From: Antedon mediterranea
Lineage: Eukaryota; Animalia; Echinodermata
Assembly: GCF_964355755.1 (NCBI RefSeq)
Contig: NC_092677.1
Location: forward strand, 6,532,101-6,596,100
Reading direction: 5' to 3'
DNA length: 64,000 nucleotides
Part shown: in pieces, positions 30,101 through 39,100 of the stretch
Layout of the letters: the number at the start of each line of letters is the position of its first letter
How positions within the stretch are numbered: the stretch's first letter is position 1
Position numbers and translations under genes: made by a program
The notes under the pieces: model-generated
Told to the model about the DNA's origin: nothing
The model's input: the letters and a program-made list of their open reading frames with translations, nothing else
Database searches by the model: none

Positions 30101-33100
30101 CATTCAGTTTCGTCAGTGACAAATTTCAATAAAACTCTTAAAAACCCACCTTTTTTCCTAAAAAGTAATGTTCACCAGATGATCGATGTTGTAAAGCGTT
30201 TTGATAATTGTGAAGGTGCCAAATAAATGACAATGTTAATGTTACTGTACAGCTTGCTTAATTGATACTTCTGAGGGTGAATACATGATTAAAATGTCGC
30301 TTACTCCCATGTCTGAACAAACATTAGTAAATTCCTGCTTTTGACCATGTTCTAAATTGAATTTTAACTGGAATCATTAAAAGGATCAGATTGAACATAT
30401 GTTACAATGTCTGTTGATAAAGTAATTTTAAAATACCATCATGTGTATTGAACTTTCCCCTACTACCACTAATGCACCCATAATCTTAAAGGTTGGCTCC
30501 GGGCCGATCAACAAATAGGGTTATTGCCAATGTTTGTGCTCACACTGATGGGAAAGTCGAGAGAAATTTAACTATTATAAATTCACTGGCATTTTCAATA
30601 CTCGCATGCATTACCGTTGTGTTTTTAAGTCGTAATTTTACCAGCTAGGCTAACTGCTCTTTGAAATGGACAATAAATCATATTGCAAATTTAAACAACC
30701 AGCAAAACACCTAAATAGTTTTTTTGACTTTGGATAATATATCAAACAGATTACTTATTTTTATTAAGATTCGTTTAACTAATTAGTAAGTATTATAATA
30801 CATTAACAATTTCAATACTTGGATGAATTACTCTTTACTTGTTAAGGATTGTTAAGTTGTAATTTTACAAATCATATTATGTAACTAGAAAAACACCTAT
30901 AAATAGGATTTTTTAACTCTAGAAAATATAAATCAAAATTGATTGGTTGAAAGAGTGTGGCGCAGTGTATTGAACATTGAACTAATCAGATAATGCTTGT
31001 CTCATTGCTTGTATCCTTAGGCAAGACACTTTACTTACATTTGCCTCTCTCCACTCTGGTACAAATGGGTACCTGGTAACTGTGCTCATTACTAGCTGCC
31101 ACATAATGCAAATATGTTTCCAAATATAATTGATAAAAGCGCTTAGAGGCTTTGAACATTCAGCTCTGGAAGACTGAATTATTGCTACTGTTTTTATTAA
31201 GAATTAATAGACGCTATATATCTTTACAATAAAATTTAATGACAAAAAACAAGAAGATCAACGTTTCGGAACCATCAAGGAAAAAAACAAAAAACACCAA
31301 TTAATTAGTATTGGTGTTTGTTGTTTTTGTATTATTCGATCACTTGATCTTGAAAATGGTTCCATGATGGTTCCGAAACGTCGATCTTCTTGTTTTCTGT
31401 CATTAAATTTTTTTGTAATGTTTTTATTAAGATTCATTAAAATGATTAGTAATTCTACAAAGTTATTTACACACAAATTGGTTTGGTTAGTTAAAGTTGG
31501 TCAGTATTCTTTGAAAATAAAAAAAATATAATCTTAAAATTGTATAAAATTAACCTTTTTTAAACAGTTATCTTCAATGACCAATTTTGTAATTGATGGA
31601 CTCCAATTAGATCATCTTCTTATGAAATTGACCAATCACAGGCAAGTTTGGAATGACTCAGAAGTAAAAGATATGTTATTGGATAGTAAGTTGAATGATT
31701 TTTTTTTTGTCAACAAAATCTGTCCGAGGCAAAATTGGCTGCTAAAATTGGTCCAGTGAACCATTTGTAGCTGTCAAAACCTGTCTGGGTGGGGCAATTT
31801 TGGCCACCAAAACTGGTTTCATATGTGCAATTTGTTCCAAATACAAGTAACACACTGGACGGTAAGCCTGAAAAGAGGATATTGTTTACATCAATTATCA
31901 GAAGTGTACAAACGGTAAATTAATTAAAAGTAATATGTTGTGGATTATGGAGACTGAAAAGAATATTCAGTATCAATAACGGCTGGAATTAAATAACTTA
32001 ATAATAAGAAGATTAAAATATCAAATGGACGTACAGTAGTAACTTATTACATGTTTTGTCTGCATTTATAATCAGTCACCAAAATCATTTTATTTAGGTT
32101 TTACATGTAGGAGACGAGGCACATTATACAAATAATAAATGTATGAGTGGAATGGTACAAATAATGGCATGATGTGGCTGTTGCCTCATGGAAATATACC
32201 TTTCATCATTTACCAAATGCTGTTTTTGTACCATTCCATGAATATAAAGCATTCATCATTTGTTTTATATAACATCTAAATAGATTCCTGTCATTTGAAT
32301 CAGATTGAATAAAATGTATACATTTTATTCACATTTAAACAGTAACATTTATTTGATTTTGGTGTTAGTTATGTCAACAAACGCCTAATCAAGGCTAAAG
32401 AGCTTAGGCTAGAAAACTTCGCCAGGCAACTGTAACTGATCTAGGCTAATTCTATTTTCTTACAACACGTCTTGTAGAGTTGTTTCCAATAATTAAGCAA
32501 AATAATATAAACGATCTAAAGCTAATATAAAATTAGTACATAATCTCTCCAAAAAGTGTTTAATGTTATTATAAATTTTAAAATAGTCAGCGCTGTTGGA
32601 TTTCATGTTCAAAATCACAGTAAAGTTATCTTGAAATGTGTTTCTGTATTTTAAAAAAATCATAATTAAATAGTGTGTACTATTGCACAACATGTGACCC
32701 ACTATCGTCCAATCAAATGACAGGAATTTATTTAGGTGTTATATAAAAAGCAATATTCATTATAACTACAAACTAAAATGAGATGTAAATTTCATTAAAG
32801 CTAACACATTTGACTAAACTAAATATACAGTACATACAAATGAAATGTACAATTGTAAATTCAAATTGAACATAAAACCTTCAAAAACATTCTAATTCAT
32901 CATGCTTTCCGATATCCTTGTTTATCATCTCCAATTTGTAAAGTTTAAACTCATTTCAAGTTGCATTGAAGTCACATGAATCATGTGCTTAATATCCTTT
33001 TCAGAAGGACAAGTTTCATGCACATTAGTTTTCCAACAGATTTATTTTTTTTTCTTCATATAAATAATTTAACTTGTTGATTTACACTGACAGAACTAAA

Positions 33101-36100
33101 GTTCAATTATTAATGTCCTTAAGTCCTTGTAATATAATTGACAGTTGTTTTTTAGCCAAACAAATTGGCCTACGAAAACCATTGACACAACTTATTTGAT
33201 CTATCCGTGCTTATTTATATAGCGCCCTCTGTATTTATTGAAAAACAACAATGTAAGATGCGGGGCTGAATTTCGCATTTGTGACACTTCTTATAAAAAC
33301 CATGTAATGTTTTTTCCCAGTACCTTAATAGTTTGAATTTACACAAGTTATCTTTAAAAGTCATGCAAACATTGTTGATAATGGAAGAAAAGAGGCATTA
33401 CACTACATCAATCCCGATGTGGCATATCTACAATTGCTGTGAAAACATACATACTGTATGCCCAGTATGTTAAACAATTCATTCTTTGTCTGTAACGATT
33501 TATGTACCACCAGCAGAGGCTACCTAGGTAGTTTGTATTGTACCCCACTACTATCCTCTCATAAACATTGGTCCTAAAAATATTAATATCTTTAATATTG
33601 ATTATGGTATTAAATGCCTCCATCTTGCACCATCTTATTCAACAAATTTATTCTAATTTATGCAACATTTTTACTCAAGATACAAGAAGTCAATCAATTT
33701 ATACTCTTAATGTTCTAGCATGGAACAATTAATGGAAATAGAAATTCTCAACCCTGTGGAATAAACTTTGTGTACATATCTGCTAAAATCATCTTCTAGT
33801 ATACCTGCCAACTCTCACGCATAATGCATGAGTCTCACGCATGAGGGCCGATTCGTTATGCCTTACTAGTGTGCGGCTATTTCTTACGCATCCATAAAAA
33901 TATTCAGAAAAAAACATTATTACTATATTAAACTATTGTTATTGTTATTATTCATTATTTTATAAAGTGCCTTTCCAGAAAATTCAAAGTGCTGTACAGA
34001 GAAATTAGCAGAAACAACAACAAATAAATACAAAATGCTAGTTAGGGAACAAATACGTGTTTACTTGTTAACTTAAAAAGACGAGAATTAGGAGCCTGTC
34101 GAATATAGGGATGCTGTTCCAAAGTTTCGGACAATAGACAGAGAATGCATTGTCGCCCAAAAAAACCCCATTTTTGTGATTGATGTAGTACAGGAAAGCC
34201 AACTTTGTGATTATTTTTAGTTAAAATAGAGGGCTCTATATACAATTTTAGTTTAATATCTCACACACTGACCACTGAACAAATTGGCAAGTATACTTTC
34301 TAGTATAATTCCTATTGTAATTGTACAATTGTTTTTCTTACTTTCATGGTTTTTTTAACTAAACCTCTTTGCAAACTAGTAATTCAATCTATTAAATGAG
34401 CTTTTCAAGAATAAAAACAGATTTGTATCATATTGTATGTGCTTAAAGTGATACAATTATACTTTTAATTTTGAATTATAATTCTATTGTCTATTGAAAT
34501 CCAGTCATCTTTAATGACCACATATGGTATGTACAGTTTAAAAAAAATGTTATTGTAAAACACTTTAAAATTAAATGAAAAAAAAAATTGATACATAATT
34601 TATGTTTATCTACCAGCTTGCAAACTGATTATAAAGTTGCCATTTCCATTATTTTACTTCATGGATTGACACAAAGCTTTAAAAAAATAAATAAACCATC
34701 TGCATATATTACTAGCATCTATATAATAGGTACCTGGTAATTTAGGTAGGTACTGATAAATAATTCTGTTGAATTTTAAATACTTTTGTTTTTATAACAA
34801 TTGCTTTTGCACAAACAAACACCACACCAATGTCAATAATCAATAAGTAAAACATGTTTATCCCTAAACTATCGTAGTCAAATGATGTTCCAATGTTTGA
34901 TCATATTTTTAGGAATCATTTCTATAGTTGGTTTCACAAAGAAACAAATAAAGTTGATCAAATCATACGATTTTACTTTATTTTCATTTGAAATATTGAA
35001 ATTTTCTCAAGTACTAGGATGTGAACTTGTTTTGTGTTGACTTCTGCCCAGGAGATGTTTTCTTTCACTGTTTCTAACGCCTATAAAACATAATTTTCCT
35101 CAGTGAGAGGTAAAATTTTTATCATTTGTACTCATAAATAACATTATTATTGATCCTCCCAAAGCACTGTTTTTACAGTTCCATACTTTTGCATGAAATT
35201 AATTTTTTTTTATCTTCATGGTTTAAGGTACTTTAGCAAGTGAACTCACTCATCTTCTCAAACTGTTGTCAAATGAAGGTCAAAGTTCATGTGATGTAGT
35301 ACCATTGAAGAGGTTCCATGAGAATATAACAACAGATTATGTAAGTTTTTAAAATGTTTGGATGGGATTAGTAAGAGTGTTAAATGAAACAACCAAAGCT
35401 CCATCCAAAGATTGTATTGAGAGTAATGACAAGTGAAACCAAGGCCCTCGGGCAGATTTTCCTTTTCTACAGGGGAAAAATAGTGAATAAATATGAATGA
35501 TAGACACGTTTAATAAATGAGACATTTCCCGGCTATGATAAACATAGTCTGCTGGCGTAAAGCTATTTTTAAAAAGTAATTGATGCCATTATTTTACAAA
35601 ACAACAAACTATAGCAAACACATAAACAAGTAATATACAGAACTTGGCACTTTGCCAAGCAACAAAATATGCAAAATGATTGACATATCACTAAACGAGC
35701 ATTGCAACACCAATTGTAAATTAAAAAGTTAATTAGTTATTAACAATAACCCGATTTCAGATAGAATTTTAGTCGCAACTGTCTTAACAATCAGAATGTC
35801 AGCTGTCAGATTTTGAATTGACATCGTAAATAATTATTCTACTCGATAGACGTATAAAACCAGCCCTCGGACATGAATTATAGAGATGAAATGATTTATC
35901 ATCATCACTGGTCAAGCCTATGTGACTAATTCAACTAACTTAACTACAGCGATGAATATATAGCAGTGTTCAATACATTTAACACAATTTGGGACAAATA
36001 CCCTATAATAAGTATTAGAGATATTAGTATTCTGTAGTGCATTGTACCAGCCTAGTTTTAAACAGATAGACCATGTAAGGGCATGTGGCGCAGTGTTTTG

Positions 36101-39100
36101 GATGTTGGATTACAGTTATACTGATCATGAGTTCGAATCCAACTATCGCTGAATTGCTTGTATCCTAAAGCTTGGTTCCCACTAGAACGTAACGCAAGGG
36201 TGAGTGGCCGAGCGGTTAAGACAGTGGAACCGTAATTACGTAGCCATAACATCGGCAAGGGTTCGAGGCTCACTCACTCCATGGTTCTGGTGGTAGAACG
36301 AGTCTTCTCCGATAAGGACTATAAACCGTAGGTCCAGTGTACACAACTAGCTCGTGTGCACTTTAAAGAACCTAGTACATCTTTCGAGACGGTAGGGGGT
36401 TACCCCGGTGTATTAGTACATCACAGCCACTGATCACCAACTGGGCCCTCTGGGAGATCAGTCTTTGACTGAAGAGGTCACCCAGTATAAAAATGAACAA
36501 ACAAACAAACGTAAACGCAAGCGTTTTAACCAATGAAAAGCGAAGTTATAGACAGTTTAGCAATCACAAGCGAATAAGCCATCGCTTGTGATTGGTCTAT
36601 TCACTTGCGTTGCGTTACGTCCTTGTGTTGCGTCGCTAGTGGGAACCACGCTTTAAGAAAGACACTTTACGTTTGCCTCTCTCCACCCAGGCGTATAAAT
36701 GGGTACCTGTTTAGATCATTGTATATTATGCTTAATATAGATGGTTAGAAACAACTCTTCTTGCTTCCTTATTTTTGTTTGTTGGCCTTCTATTGTAATG
36801 TAATGCGACATTTATATAGCACTATTTTATGAAGATCAGAGCGCTGTGGATTTAGATGTTACACCTTTTCAACAACATTCTTCTCCCCTAAGAGTCACAT
36901 CGTGTCATCGGCAGCCAACCACCGACGCCCTTATGTCTGTTCACGACTAGTACACCGGGGTAACCCCCTACTCATCTTGAAATATGTACTAGGTTCTTTA
37001 AAGTGCATACGAGCAATACATAAGCATACACTGGACCTTATATATAGAATTTTATCCGAGAAGACTTGTTCTACCACCTGAACCATGGAGCGAGTGAGCC
37101 TCGAACCCTTGCCGATGTTATGGCTATGGATTATGGTTCCACTGTCTTAACCGCTCGGCCACTCGCTCATTGGTCTTCTATGGCCTTCTTAGTCTTGTAT
37201 GGTCTTCTATGGCCTTCTATGGCCTTCTTAGTCTTGTATGGTCTTCTTTAGTCTTCTATGGTCTTCTATGGTCTTCTATGGCCTTCTTAGTCTTGTATGG
37301 TCTTCTTTAGTCTTCTATGGTCTTCTATGGTCTTCTTAGTCTTGTATGTTCTTCTTTAGTCTTCTATGGTCTTCTGTGGCCTTCTTAGTCTTGTATGGTC
37401 TTCTTTAGTCTTCTATGGTCTTCTATGGCCTTCTTAGTCTTGTATGGTCTTCTTTAGTCTTCTATGGTCTTCTATGGCCTTCTTAGTCTTGTATGTTCTT
37501 CTTTAGTCTTCTATGGCCTTCTTAGTCTTGTATGGTCTTCTTTAGTCTTCTATGGTCTTCTTAGTCTTGTATGTTCTTTAGTCTTCTATGGCCTTCTTAG
37601 TCTTGTATGGTCTTCTTTAGTCTTCTATGGTATTCTATGGCCTTCTTAGTCTTGTATGGTCTTCTTTAGTCTTCTATGGTCTTCTATGGCCTTCTTAGTC
37701 TTGTATGTTCTTCTTTAGTCTTCTATGGCCTTCTTAGTCTTGTATGGTCTTCTTTAGTCTTCTATGGTCTTCTATGTTTATCCAGTAGAAAGCATACTGT
37801 AGTGTTACAGCTTAGTTCCCAATTTAAAAAATTATGATCCAATGGATCTTGCAAACTTGTGATTGGTCAACTCGCTTGCATTTTGCTTACGTCGTTGTGT
37901 TGTTTCCAATAGGGAGCCACACTTAGCTGTTGTCCAGGTGATAGTTATCTTGAAAGTAATTGTCCAGAGGATAGTTGTCATAACATTGCTTAGAGTTATT
38001 AAATATCTTTTACTGATTGTTAGAAGTCCGTAACCATAGTGATGTTGAAACTGTTGTTTTTACACTGATTCTAGATTAAATTTTGTTTGCTTTTCATCAT
38101 TATTGAATTGACAAAATAGACAACGGTATTGAAACATGTATAAAGGAAAAGCAAATAAGCTATACTCCACGAAATTCTCTAAAGGCCCATTTACACTAGT
38201 ACGATAACGATCGACGATAAATAGACAAATGTGCATTTTTCATACATAAAACAAAAGAAATATAAAAACTTTTCATTCTAAAACTATAGAATAACCATCT
38301 ATGCTTCATTTAATGAAAATGATATTTTCACATGTCTAATCAAATGACGTCATGATTAGTAAGAGCAATAATATCATGACAATACAACGATTTTATTGTT
38401 TTTATTTATCATGACGTTATTTGATTGGAATTTTAAAAATATTATTTTTATCAAAGACAGCATAAATGATTATCCTATAGTTCTAGAACAAACCCCTTTC
38501 TAATTTCTTTGTTTTATGTAAAAAAATGCATGCTTATATATTTATCGTCCATCGTTATCGTTCCTAGTGTAAATGGGCCTTTAAGATAACTAAAAACAAA
38601 TTGTAGATGATGCAGAAGAGGGTTTTCATTCCTCTAGCAAAGCGCACCTAGATATTAACAATTAAATGATTCGGAGCCTTCTGTGTTGCTTTCTGCCTTT
38701 TGACAAGAATTTCATTCAGTTTTTAAGTGCTTGATTTATTATTGGATTCATCATACATTATTCTAAAATTTGAAGCACTATGTTATTTAAATTATGTATT
38801 AGTAATTCTTGAATGTCTACAGTAAATCATCTGTGAAGCAAATTGCAATACTGAATTTGATTTTAAGATTAACAAACAAAGTATTACACAATGATTGACA
38901 TACAGTACCAGGATACGATTTTATTTTTCGTACATTAGTTGGGGACCCCTTAAGGCCCATTTACACTAGGACGATGACGATCGACGATAAATTGACAAAT
39001 ATGCATTTTTCATACATAAAACAAAATAAATATAAAAACTTTTCATTCTAGAACTATAGAATAACCATCTATGCTTCCTTTGATAAAAATGATATTTTAA

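Larger units (their letters stand above)
36078..36712 (+). mobile_element. CORE-like tRNA-SINE split by a Harbinger MITE
   Basis: 5' part with A box GTGGCGCAGTG and B box GTTCGAATCC ends at GTATCC (36165); it resumes at AAGACACTTTAC...CCACCCAGGCGTATAAATGGGTACC (36656-36708). Confidence 0.75.

Noticed and set aside
37066-37649. Hydrophobic ORFs (FYGLLSLV repeats)
   Set aside because: Translation of a SINE plus a minisatellite.
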